From: Octopus vulgaris
Lineage: Eukaryota
Direction of reading: 5' to 3'
Assembly: GCA_951406725.2 (NCBI GenBank)
Contig: OX597834.1
Coordinates: 3,906,001 to 3,970,000, forward strand
DNA length: 64,000 nt
Below are positions 36,010 through 48,289 of the stretch, in pieces. Every line of letters starts with the position of its first letter. Position 1 is the first letter of the stretch. The notes beneath the pieces were generated by a model. The model was given only the letters and a program-made list of their open reading frames with translations, was not told the DNA's origin and made no database searches. Both the position numbers and the translations under genes were made by a program.

Positions 36010-36789
36010 CTGTTCAGGAGGAAGAAAAAAAATAAGAAGAAAAATACAGAAATGAAAAAAAAAAAAGAAAAGCAAAAACAACTTTTGATAAAAGAACATA
36101 ATTCAAAATGTGTACAGAAAGGAAAGAGAGTAAAAGAAGAGGGGTACTGCTGCTGCTGCTGCCGCTGCTCATCTTAAATCAGCTTTGGATTGAGTAAAAC
36201 TACCTTCATCTGAGTCTTTTGAGTTATGTTCAGAAATTCCTATTCTTTATCAAACTGAATTAGTGCAAAGGTGGAAAAATTAGTAGGGTACTCAACTTAA
36301 ACTCTTTCCAGGATAAAATCATTTTTGCCTAAATTTCTGAGATGAGCTATTTTCATTATTATACAATTGAGACTAACCTTCAAATTTGGTTCTCAGTCGT
36401 GTTTAGACTTGTATTCTCTGCCCTTCTTCAGGTCCCTTGCTACATTAGATTACATTCTTGGAATTTTGAACTGAAGTTTTGCTAAATGCATGAGGACAGA
36501 TTGCTCAGTCTGCTGTTTATTGCCGGGGATATTTTATTAGTAATTCTAGTTGTGATGCCATTTACCCATTCTCTTGGAATCAGAGTAAATTTACTAACTC
36601 TGAGCTGCAACATTTAACACTTTTATTGAATTTACATTCACTATCATTGTAAAGTTATATCACTGTATTTATCAGCACTTTTGCCATTTTGAAATGTATC
36701 AAAAAAATCACCTTGTGTCTACTGCAACTGTATTATGGATGGGAAGCCAGGTGCCATGGGCTAGGGAATTTGTTAGGAACAATAACTGT

Positions 36790-37220
36790 TATCATCATCA
36801 TCCTCATCATTTAATGCTTATTGTCCATGCTGGCATAGATTAGATGATTTGACCGGGACTGGTCAGCCATAGAGCTGCACCAGTCATCTAGTCATCTGTT
36901 TTGGCTTGGTCTCTATGGTTGGATGCCTTTCTTAACACAAGCCACTTTACAGGGTATGCCAGGTGTTTTTCCTGTGTCACCAGCACGGGTGCTTTTCACA
37001 TGTCACAGACACAGGTGCCTTTTACGTGTCACCAGCACTGGCAATGATCATGTTTCACTTTAGCTTGACCTGTCATCTCAAGCATAGCAAATTGCCAGAA
37101 GTCTCGATCACTTGTCATTGCTTCCGTGAGACCCAACAACCAAAAGATCACATTTCATTACCCCACCCCACATCTTCCTGGGTCTATCCCTTCTACAGGT
37201 TCTTTCCACAATTAGAGATT
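36790..37220 (-). mobile_element. Old family C / RTE-like 3' end
   Basis: (CAT)n start, ccatgctggcat..ggatgcc.ttcttaac..ggtgccttttacgtgtcaccagc. Confidence 0.6.
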
Positions 37221-37269
37221 GGCACAAGATATTGAAAACAAGCCAAATTATCACAGTCTGTTAGCATAA

Positions 37270-37808
37270 ACTTAATAAAATTTGCTAATGGCAGGTTGGC
37301 ATTTATGTTGGGAGGTCATATAATCTCGTTATACTTCCATCTTCTCCTTATCTCCTCAAAGACATACATCATCTCAAAAGAGTCCAGAAGCTGGCTACCC
37401 GCATGGTTCTTGGTCTCAAGCATTTGTCTTATGAAGAAAGGCTGAAGACGCTTGACCTTTATGCTCACATCATCATAAGCAGAAAGTGTAACCTCTCGAA
37501 AGAGCTGTTCTTCACTCCTGCTCCAGAGCATCGGCTGCGGGGTCACTCCGAAAAGCTCTATCTGCAACGTTTTCATCTCAATCGAAGGAGAGGGGCTTTC
37601 TCCGTCCGGGTTGCGGATCCGTGGAATAAGCTGCCGGACGAGATAGTGAAGTTGCCGACGACCGCTCGGTTCAAAGTCTCTCTTGACCACAAGTGGCCTG
37701 AACTCTTTGCATGAACACCCTCCCTGTACATAACTCCACGTCCCCCTACATGGCCTTGCTTTTTGCTTTTTGAGCCAAAAAATTAACTTAACTTAACCTA
37801 ACTTAACT
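37270..37808 (+). mobile_element. CR1-clade LINE 3' end with (TTAAC)n tail
   Basis: RVQKLATRMVLGLKHLSYEERLKTLDL..RLRGHSEKL..FSVRVADPWNKLP..FKVSLD; tail ttaacttaacttaacctaacttaac. Confidence 0.9.
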
Positions 37809-37919
37809 ATCCTCAGTATACACAACCCACACCTGCTGTATACCTTACACTATTTAATGACCAAATTACCTTTGAGAGGAATTTATCTATGATCTCAAGG
37901 AAAAATTATCTCAGAAAGA

Positions 37920-38148
37920 TTAATCCTTTAGCATTCAGGATCAATCTGTCAAATGTAAAGCCTGTTTAATCACATTGTTTTAAATTAATTGTACAGCATC
38001 TTGTAACTCTGAGATTTTGATGACGTCCCTGTTTATGTTTAGAATGACTTTGTAGGGTAAGTGTGAGAGGTCAGAGCTGGCTGGTTTGAGCATAAAACAG
38101 GAAAACAATTTTGGCCTGGTATGGCCGGTTTGAACACTAAAGGGTTAA
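37920..38148. mobile_element. piggyBac-type MITE
   Basis: TTAA tcctttagcattcag ... ctaaaggg TTAA; reverse orientation relative to 30453-30681. Confidence 0.75.
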
Positions 38149-38422
38149 AGTAATTTTTACAAACTTTCATCTGTCAGTCAGCTATTTGCAATGAGTGAAT
38201 CCTTAAATCCTTAAAAATGTTTTAGCCCGAAGCCCGCAGCCATGCTGGGGCACCACCGCTGTTAAAACTAAAGCAGCGGTGCTCCCCTCTGGTGGCCAGA
38301 TGTGATAACAAAACATGACAGCCACAATATATAAACATCTATAAATCTTAAAGAAGACAAGTTGAGATACAGTTGTCCCCATAACCTGTCACACTTGAGG
38401 GCATAAAAGCCACAGGGGCACA

Positions 38423-38590
38423 TTAACCCTTTCAGCATTCAGATTACTCAGTCAAATGTAATGCTTATTTATTCTCATTGTTTTGAATGAATCATGCATC
38501 ATCTCATAGTTTTGAGATGTGATTGTTTTATTCTTAGAAACATTGTAGGGTAGGTATGAGAGGCCAGACCTAGTCATTGTAAAACAGGAG
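38423..38590. mobile_element. piggyBac-type MITE, truncated
   Basis: ttaaccctttcagcattcagattactc... homologous to 37920-38148. Confidence 0.6.
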
Positions 38591-38660
38591 CAAGTCTTAT
38601 ATGTCTTATCTGCTGGCAAATACGGTAAATAGTGAAAATAAAGAACTTTTAAGCATGACC

Positions 38661-38997
38661 CTTTTCAACATCATAAGCGGAAAGTGTAACCTCTCGAAAG
38701 AGCTGTTCTTCACTCCTGCTCCAGAGCATCGGCTGCGGGGTCACTCCGAAAAGCTCTATCTGCGACGTTATCATCTCAATCGAAGGAGAGGGGCTTTCTC
38801 TGTCCAGGTTACGGATCCGTGGAATAAGCTGCCGGACGAGATAGTGAAGATGCCGACGACCACTCGGTTCAAAGTCTCTCTTGACCAGAATTAGCCTGAA
38901 CTCTTTGCATGAACACCTTCCCTGTACATAACTCCATGTCCCCCTACATGGCCTTGCTTTTTGCTTTTTGAGCCAAAAAATTAACTTAAATTAACTA
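38661..38997 (+). mobile_element. CR1-clade LINE 3' end (second copy)
   Basis: Near-identical to 37468-37800. Confidence 0.9.
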
Positions 38998-40164
38998 TGC
39001 TCATAGGCTTCATGTTCTTTGTTATTTTCTCACACACACATGTGTGTGTGTATATTTATTGTTGTTCATTGTTAATATTATCAATATGTATATTAATATG
39101 CATAAAGAGGGGGACTTAGGAAGACATGAGACAAAGTAGTGAAGAATGACTTCTGGATGTTGAGCCTCGCAGAGACGACAAAGAACTCAGCACTTTGCAG
39201 CTGTAATTATAGGAGAGCAGAACTGGACATATTTCACCAAACTTTTGTGCTACCAGAAATCATTTTCCTTAGAACTAATTCCTTCTGTCACCTTATTTTT
39301 CAGCGATAGTTACTTTCACCAATTCATCAACTTTAACCCAACATGTCATTCTACCAACCATCTTTGTCCATCACTTACTATTTCCATCCCTATGCACCTC
39401 TCACTTCCTTTTTGCCACCTTTTTACCTCTTCAACTGATATTTACTATTGACCATGCCATCATCATGTTCACCATTCACCGCATCCACCTCTTTCCCCCA
39501 TCTTTACTTACCCACTCACTCACTCTGTCCAATCCACTGTTTCATCATTTCTCTTAAATTCACCATCTCACTTTTTCCAGTTGGCATAGTCAGTCATGCA
39601 AATCATCCACGGTAGGGCATCTGTTCCTATGTCTCTATGATATTTCTTTAATCTCTTCTTATCTGGCACAAAGCTACTTCTCTCAACGTAGACTCCAACT
39701 AAGTTGAGGCATCTCGTCTTGCAAGTTTATTTGTGCTGGTGTCTCAAAAAACACCTTGTATACTCTGTAAAGGGTTTGGTAATAGAAAAGACACCCAGCC
39801 ATAGAAACTATACTAAAGCCTGGTACAGTCCTCTAGCTCACTGCTTTCAATTCAACCATTTCATACCAATAAATAATTTTTCTGTGTATTTTAACTAGCA
39901 AAAAATTATCTCTCATTCTATTTAGAAACTTCCTAACATTCACATTCTTCTTCTCTTTTATAAGAAATTCATCTAAGAATTGGGACAGCTTTAGGGGCTT
40001 CAAAGATTGCGTGTGCCTGTCTCCCTGTTACTGCTGTCTGTCTCTTTGGTCATTCATTCCAACTCTTCTTATCAGAAACAAGAACAATTTTCTAAGTAAG
40101 ATATGATTTGCTCATTTTTTTTGTTTCTCCAGTAAATAAATATTTGTATTATTATTTGGTACAA

Positions 40165-40345
40165 AGGTGGGTGAGCTGGCAGAACCTTTAGAATATCAGT
40201 CAAAATGCCAACTCATTTCGCAAATTCTGTTGAAGCTGACTTTGCTTTTATGCTTTCCGGGTTGATAAAATAGGTACCAGTTGAGAACTGGGGTCAATGT
40301 AACCAACTACCCAACTCCCACTGAAATTTCTGGCCTTCAGCCGAA
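40165..40345 (+). mobile_element. SINE family B (old copy)
   Basis: ggtgggtgagctggcagaac..gactttgc..gttgataaaataggtaccagttgag. Confidence 0.6.
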
Positions 40346-40810
40346 ATTTGATGCCATTCTTATTTTATTCAATTAATGGATGATGATAATTTATCTTTCC
40401 CTCATTTCTGTCATTAAACTATGACCATGCTAAGGCACCGGCTTGACAAATTATAGTCAAATTAATCAATCCAGCACTGATGTTCTTTAAAGCGTACAGG
40501 CTGTCCACTTTTAGTGGTCAATCCTCTAAATTTTGTATGTAAAAAAATTTTTAATCTTCGGATTTTTTAAAATATGCCAGGCCACAGGTTTTAATTGATT
40601 AATATCAATTTCTACATTTATTTAATTATATATATATAATACATTTCTGTTGCATCTCTTTCAATTTTTAAGTTTTGTTTCAAACATAATCACTTCGCAT
40701 GAGTCAAATATCCAAACATATGTTGATGCCAACAGCTGTTTGCATCTTAGATATTTATTCCGTGTCTCACTTATCACAGATCAGACAAACAGAAATAACT
40801 CTCACTGTAT

Positions 40811-40849
<39 letters not shown>

Positions 40850-41353
40850 GTGAGCAAATATAAAGATCTTGAAACAGAAATTGGATAAATGTGGAACCTC
40901 AAAACTAAATACCTGTTATCATAGGTGCTCTAGGCATGATAGCAAAAGAGACTGATTGTTATCTATCTTAGATACAAGAAAATCAAAAAATGGAAGAAAT
41001 TCAAAAAAATAGTGCTCATGGGAACTGCTCACATCCTATGAAAAATATTGTCTATGTAATTCCAAAAACATTTTAATCTGTAAACATTATCAAAAGTATT
41101 TTTAAATGTACATATTAGCACACACCTTTTATTGTTATCTTAAGATCACACTATCACCTTATCATCAAATTACTTTTAAAACAATTTTCTAATTTTCTTA
41201 TATTTTGGCAGACATTCTCTGGGACAATACCCTGTGCAAAACCAAAAATATGGCACCCTAGTCATAATACCAACTTCAACATCTAACTTGTCTGTTGAGG
41301 TTTGTGAGTGAGACTTGGAGTCAACTTGTACAAATACAAAGCAAAAGTCAAAC

Positions 41354-41356
<3 letters not shown>
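40850..41356 (+). mobile_element. Dong/R4-clade LINE 3' end inserted in (TAA)n
   Basis: SKYKDLETEIG.MWNLKTK.PVIIGALGMIAK..EEIQK.VLMGTAHIL.KILSM* matches the REL endonuclease C-terminus; (TAA)n on both sides. Confidence 0.85.
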
Positions 41357-41413
<57 letters not shown>

Positions 41414-41414
41414 C

Positions 41415-43135
41415 TGGGGGAGCATCATAGCCATGTGTTGAGAGGAATTCTTTGGGGTTTGAATAATTTACCTCTAGAAATAAGGGTGTTTCATTCATCA
41501 TCATTAAACAAACCTTATTCAGGGACCTTTTGAGTGGGATGGGCTACTCAACCTGAAGAAAATTCTAACTGGGCCCCACTTGCAAGGGCATGTGCTGTTT
41601 ATCTTGATATGAAATCACCATGTCATGCACATATGGTTGTGATGCGTGTGCCTGGTGTACCCTTATCAGACAGGCAGTCATGGTGGGTACTTTAAGCTTC
41701 ATATATTTTTACCCCAGTGTCACTCTGAGGGCAGGCATTGGCTCTCAAGGCTTCTGATCTTAACTGGTTGAATGTGTTATCATGTACATGTCTTGTCTTG
41801 GAGTAAAAGATGGACTACAGCAAATATTCTGCTCAATACCACAGATTTACTTGTCCATAAGCAGTTGAGCATGTCCCTTGGTGGCATCTCTGATCAGGAG
41901 CAGAAGTAGTGGGGGAACATCATAGCTATGTGTTGAGAGGAATTCTTTGGGGCTTGAATAATTCACCTCTGGAAACATGAGTGTTTCATTTGACATCCTT
42001 AACCCTTTTTCAGGGGCTTTTTGAGTGGGATGGGCTACTCAACCTGAAGAAAATTCTAACTGGGCCCCACCTGCAAGGTCATGTAGCGTTTATCCTGATA
42101 TGAAATCACCATGTCACACACACACAAGGTTGTGATGCACATGTACCCTTATCAGACTGGCAGTCATGATGGGTATGCTGGGCTTCATATATTTGTACCT
42201 TGGTGTCACTTTGATGGCATGTGCTGCTCCCTTAATAATAATGATAATAACAAGTACCAGACAATGGGTCTCATGGCTTTTGATCTTAACTGATTGTAAG
42301 TATAATCATGTACATGTTTTGTCTTGGTACAAAATATTCTGCTCAATACCACAGATTCGCTTGTCAGCATATCCCTTGATAGCTGGTGATATGTGCATCT
42401 CAGATCATGAGTGGTGGGGAGCATCACAGCCATGTGTTGAGAGGAATTTTTGTGGGTTTTGAATACTTCACCTTTGGAAACATGGGTGTTTCTCTTTTAC
42501 TCTTTTACTTGTTTCAGTCATTTGACTGCGGCCATGCTGGAGCACCGCCTTTAGTCGAGGAAATCGACCCCGGGACTTATTCTTTGTAAGCCCAGTACCT
42601 ATTCTATCAGTCTCTTTTGCCAAACCGCTAAGTGACGGGGACGTAAACACACCAGCATCGGTTGTCAAGCAATGCTAGGGGGACAAACACAGACACACAA
42701 ACACATACACACACATACATATATATACGACAGGTTTCTTTCAGTTTCCGTCTACCAAATCCACTCACAAGGCATTGGTCAGCCCGGGGCTATAGCAGAA
42801 GACACTTGCCCAAGATGTCACGCAGTGGGACTGAACCCGGAACCATGTGGTTGGTTAACAAGCTACTTACCACACAGCCACTCCTGCGACCCAAAGAAAA
42901 TTCTAACTGGGCCCCATCTGTAAGGTCATGTGCTGTTTATCTTGATATAAGATCACCACGTCACACACGCAAGATTGTAATGTATGTGCCTGGTGTCACA
43001 ATGGGTAGATTAAGCTTCATATATTTCTGTCATGATGGGTGTATTAGGCTTCATATATTTGTACCCTAGTGTTACTTTGATGGCATGCTCTGCTCTCTCA
43101 CTCAATAATGATAATAATAATAATAATAATAATCC
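41415..43135 (+). repeat. Three tandem copies of a ~500-bp non-coding repeat ending in (AAT)n
   Basis: gggga.catca.agc.atgtgttgagaggaatt recurs at ~41416, ~41911 and ~42416; the third copy is split by a SINE A. Confidence 0.8.
42495..42888 (-). mobile_element. SINE family A, full length
   Basis: Reverse complement of the family A consensus. Confidence 0.9.
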
Positions 43136-43399
43136 TGCATGAGTAAAAACAAGACTTGTTTAAAGGCGGATGAATATTCTTTATTATTACTGTTGATGGA
43201 GCCATTATCGCTTACGGCAGCAGTAATAATAATAATGAATATTCCAAGAACAAAAATAATAGAGAAGATCATCAGAGTAAATCTACCACAGAGGGAATAG
43301 GGTCCCTTTAGCCTTGGCTGGCAACCCCCTAGAGAAAGTGTCTCAAAAAAAAAAAAACACTGGTGGTTGTGATGCCTCACCACCACAGCCCTCTTTATG

Positions 43400-44050
43400 C
43401 GTGTAATGCCAAATAAAAATCATCACAATTGCATTCATGAGACCCAAACCCTGAGTGAAGTGTTCCACACTGCAGCAGTTGGGACCCTGTCATTATCCAA
43501 ATATTGCTACAAAGATAAGGAGAAAATAGACTGAAAATGACAATAGAATGCAATGGAATGCTATTGTAGAAGCAATCCTACCAAAGTTGGATAGCGGAAA
43601 AGAAAATAATCTCTGGGCAGAGTATGCTCCCTAAAATGGAGCAAAGACTTCTAGTCCCCCAAAATTTAATCATGTAAAGGCAGTGGCTATCCTAGTTGGA
43701 ACTGGAGACCTCCACATAGTGAAAGAGTGTGAATGTGACTATGCTGAACATGAAGAACAAATAGCAGAACAAGAACAGGAATAAACAGAGAGACCAATAA
43801 CTACTCATAATAGAAACAGTTGCCCAGATGGTGGTGAATTCTACTTTGTGGAGGGAAAGATTGTTACAGAGGAAGAAACTACATCTGAATGAAGTGTGAA
43901 ATATTGAAAGAAAGGTGCTGCCAGCTCTGAACGGAATCTATATAAAGTAACGGAAATCAACACTGAAAACATAACAGATCTAAATTACCATATATACTGT
44001 GCAGCCAGTGAAAACAAATAGGAAGGGCTGCTAAGCCAGAACGGGTTGAG
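43400..44050 (+). mobile_element. Decayed Dong/R4-like LINE ORF N-terminal fragment
   Basis: ATKIRRK*TENDNR..AMECYCRSNP resembles the N-terminal block of R4/Dong ORFs; heavily disrupted. Confidence 0.45.
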
Positions 44051-44431
44051 TTGGTGAATGCAGAGGAACAAGCTCTGACAGGAGACAGACAAGAATATGT
44101 CTTATCCCCGTGGCTGATCAGAGAGAAGGAAAGAAATCCAAGTTAGGAAATGAAAGATGGTCATGAGTAAACTTATAAACGCTAAGTAATACGTTTTGTG
44201 ATGTGAAATTTTTTAGTTCGTAATGTATCTTCGAAGAGATAAGTATACAATTTATTTAAGAAATAATAATGTAATCTATATGATTATTGATTGATAAATA
44301 TGGATTTTTAAGTTTTTTTAATTTATTAATGATAATTTAAATACGTGACTTTCATACACACTTCTCCTTCATTTATACAGTTATGCATATGTTTGTATAT
44401 GTGCGAGTGTAGGTGTGTAATTAGTAGGATG

Positions 44432-44469
<38 letters not shown>

Positions 44470-44864
44470 TATATATATACACCAACGTGTATATAAGGAT
44501 GAAGTTGCATGCACATATATATATATATAAATACACCCACATGTGCGTGTGTGGATATGTGTGCATGTACGTATATATGTTTATGTGAGTGTGTACATAT
44601 GTAGATGTTATGAATGCAGGAGGTTTATGTCTATCTATTGTGAGAATATGGTTGCATGTATTTTTTTATCTTTTTTCTACCTATTAGAGTGACTTCCCTT
44701 CTATTCAATGGTTTTTCATTAATATAGGATATAGAATATATATACATGTGTGCATATGCATATACAATATACATATATAATGTAGGATACAGAATATATA
44801 TACATGTGTGCATATGTATACATATACACACCTCGCCTGGCACCCCAGCCTCGCCTGGCACCAG

Positions 44865-45050
44865 TGCAGGTGGCACGTAAAAAGCACCCACTACACTCAC
44901 GGAGTGGTTGGCGTTAGGAAGGGCATCCAGCTGTAGAAACATTGCCAGATCAAGACCGGAGCCTGGTGCAGCCTTCTGGCTTCCCAGATCCCCGGTCGAA
45001 CCGTCCAACCCATGCTAGCATGGAAAACGGACGTTAAACGATGATGATGA
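44865..45050 (+). mobile_element. Repeat family C
   Basis: Near-identical to 23325-23520. Confidence 0.8.
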
Positions 45051-47641
45051 TGCATACATACATACACATATATATACAAATGCATATACACATACATGCA
45101 CACGCACAAACATACATGTAGGTGCACACACTTACACACAGTCACTCACACATACAGGTAGATACGTAATTTTAAGGTGTTTCCATTATTTTGTCCAACA
45201 CCTGTACACCTCGTCAAGTCTACACCTGCAGCCTCCACAGAATTCTTAACTGTCTCATCTTTCCCCTTCATTCATGTCTCCATCACCCATATTACAAGCT
45301 TAGTGACATTATGTGGGATCTTCCCTTCTTGTGCTGATGTCACAATAAAATGCATCCTGTGCACTTTGTAATAGGAAGGATATCCAGTCATGGACCCTAA
45401 GCCAAAAATAAAACATACGAGAATCAGTATCTGGGGACAGTGACACCCAATAAGAACTGACTTGGAACATGATCACTCATCTAACCCATGCCACCATGGG
45501 AAGCAAACATAGTGATGATGGTGATGTTAATGATTTTTCCTTTTCTAAACCATTACAATTTCAATTCATTAAAAATTATTTTCAGCTCGTTTCATTAATT
45601 ATGGTAGCTAGCACTTTATTATTGTATGAGTGTGAGTTGAAAGAAATAGTAAAAAGATTCTGAATTCTGAGTTTAATCTTTCTGATAAGAACTCATCTGA
45701 GACAATGTCCCATTTCAAATGTTCATTAAACCTTCCATCAATATATTCATGTAAGAACCTTTTAAGTTATTTTCCAAACACCAACTTTGTAATGAAAATG
45801 TTCGTGATTTTAGTAACCCCTTCAAAATGAATTTCAAAATTATTAAAAGTTTTTATTATACATATTATGAATGAGTTAAATCATATCAGAGTCAATTTTA
45901 TCCCTTTAGAATTGATAAACTGAATACTGGTAAATACAGGGAAGAATTTGACAAACAATGGCTAAGACTGTAAAGCACCGAATTAAATAGGTTTAGTTTT
46001 ATCATTTCCATTTTTGGGTTTGAGGACCAGGAATAATGATATAATAAGGGGTCTATTCAATTGATTGTCTCCCTCTTCTCCAAACATGGTACTTAGTTAA
46101 ATCAAAACTGCAGTTAAAGAATGAAAAGAGATGGTAGCATTTTAGCTGGAATGCTTTTCACAATTTAGTTTCTGATTTTCATTCTGAGCTCAAATACCAA
46201 CTGCTTTCCACCTGAAAGGTCTTCAATTCACCCTATCATTATACGGCTGTTCTTAAAGTCCCCTAATAAAGATACTTCAATTCTAAAAGGTAAATTAATT
46301 TTTTATATAAATAGATTATATGTAATTTGCAGTATGTTTTTTCCTTCATTTTTCCTTTTTTTTTTTTGGTGATCAGTATGCTGGGTTCAAAGATTCTCAG
46401 AATATCCAATCTAGGAGAAGCTATGCATTATTTAAATTGCTAAAATGATAGACACAATATCATTATTACCAAAGTCAGATTAATATTAGTCACTGAGCTA
46501 TGTTTTCTTCTCATTGTACAAGTATTATTAATTAATTAGATTTTTCCCCTTTAATTATGCTGAACTTTCATGCATATGGCATCTCTGGTAATGTGAATTA
46601 CCACAAGACACAAAACACATTAAATGCATGAGAATTCCAACACTTATGCTAGTAAAGTTTGCAAGAGAATTAGTCCAGAAACTAAGTTGGTAGTCCACAC
46701 AGATCCGACAAAATGTCACTGTTGGCTCTGAAGTCCATTCTGTATTCGCTACGAGAGGAAGATTTGCCTCATATTTAATGCCGTAAGAACCTGTGCTAAG
46801 CAATAGCAGAGTCCCAAGAAAAGCCTAGAATGTATCCCTATAAGTAGGCAAACTAAAAGAGCATTGCAAACTTAAGGGAGAGGCTCAGGAACACATCAAA
46901 ATACTTGCAGGGGATTTGAACTCAAGGCTCAAGAAAATGTTAAAGTTATATTGAAAAAAAAAAAAGCAACAATGAAAAAAACAGAAAAGAAAGGAAAGGA
47001 TAATGTTGGATTCATTTACATCACTTATTATCATCATTATCTTGATTAACTGTTAATTAAAGCCAATAGTTGTAAATCTGTGTTAGCAAAGATTGTCACA
47101 CATGATGTTGCCATCTCAACTAATAATTCAATTACTGAATTACACTTATTTTGTCATCCTTCTAAGTATTCCACACCTCATAAAAATGTTAATAAACAAT
47201 AAATGCAATACACCTAATTAGTAGAACTAAAATTTAGAATGCAATTAACCTTCTGCTGTACAAAGAATAGAAAAAATATATTGAATGAATCTTATTTTTG
47301 TCAAATACAAAATATTATAAATCTCACTAACGAACCATTTAGTCTGAATAAATGATAAGTCTCTCACACGTATACATGTATGGGCACACTACAGGTTTTT
47401 ATGGAGGAAAATATGAAATCTACAGGATTACCTCTCATATGGGTGCATGTGTGTGTGATTCATTTCCATTCCTAAGAATATTCTTGTTAAGGCACAACAC
47501 AATGGTTTGGCTGTGGCAGCAATGTTTGAACTCAAAAACTTGAATAGAGCAAATCACCTTAATTTTTTCAAAGCCATATTCTTTGAAAGAGTGGAGGAGA
47601 AAATTCAGGGAAGCAAATAAAGTGGAAATAGAGGAACTTAC

Positions 47642-47937
47642 CAGAAACATCCTGTCGTTGAGGTGCGTTGTCTTCGAAAGGTAATAAGGTATTTTTATGA
47701 TCACCAGTAGCCGAATTGACACTGTTGAAGTTCAACAGGTCATCAGTGTTGTTCAGTAAATTGTCCTGGAGCTGCTGACTCTTCAGGTCAATGTTTTTGT
47801 TGGTCACAGACAAGTCAATAAGAGTTCCAATCTGGTCTTCGGAACTTCTAGCCAAACTATCACAGTCACTGGCCACAGTAATGCCAGAAAGTGGCTTGTT
47901 CAAATGAGAGATTGGAGATTGCTTTGGTGTTGTCGAC
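47642..47937 (-). CDS. Internal coding exon (296 nt, phase 2 in, phase 1 out): STTPKQSPISHLNKPLSG...QIGTLIDLSV...TDDLLNFNS...APQRQDVS
   Basis: Acceptor ttttctgtaatttgtaaaatAG|G at 47938/47937; consensus donor TCTG|GTAAGT at 47642/47641; open, non-repetitive frame. Confidence 0.8.
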
Positions 47938-48066
47938 CTATTTTACAAATTACAGAAAATAAATTTAAAAAAAGAACAATATATAAGATAAGAAATATTA
48001 AATTTCTAAATATCTGAGAGAGATATGAGTGGTGTTGGAATGATAGAGCAGTTGTATACTGTCAAC

Positions 48067-48289
48067 TTAACGTGACAGTCCAGTAAAGGCAATCACACCA
48101 CTGCTATTTAGCCCTAGGAAGCATCGACGCATCCTGTCGGCCTTGACACATTTCCTGTGCCCTTATATTTATATTTATATTCGTAAATATAAGGACGCAA
48201 GAAATGTGTCAAATGCGACAGGAAGCGTTCGATGGTTCCTAGGGTTAAACAGCAGTGGTGTAATTCCCTTTATGGGACTGTCACGTTAA
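48067..48289. mobile_element. Fold-back MITE (near-complete ~220-bp palindrome)
   Basis: ttaacgtgacagtcc..cacaccactgct.tttagccctaggaa..gacacattt..cccttatattta pairs with its reverse complement across the whole element. Confidence 0.85.
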
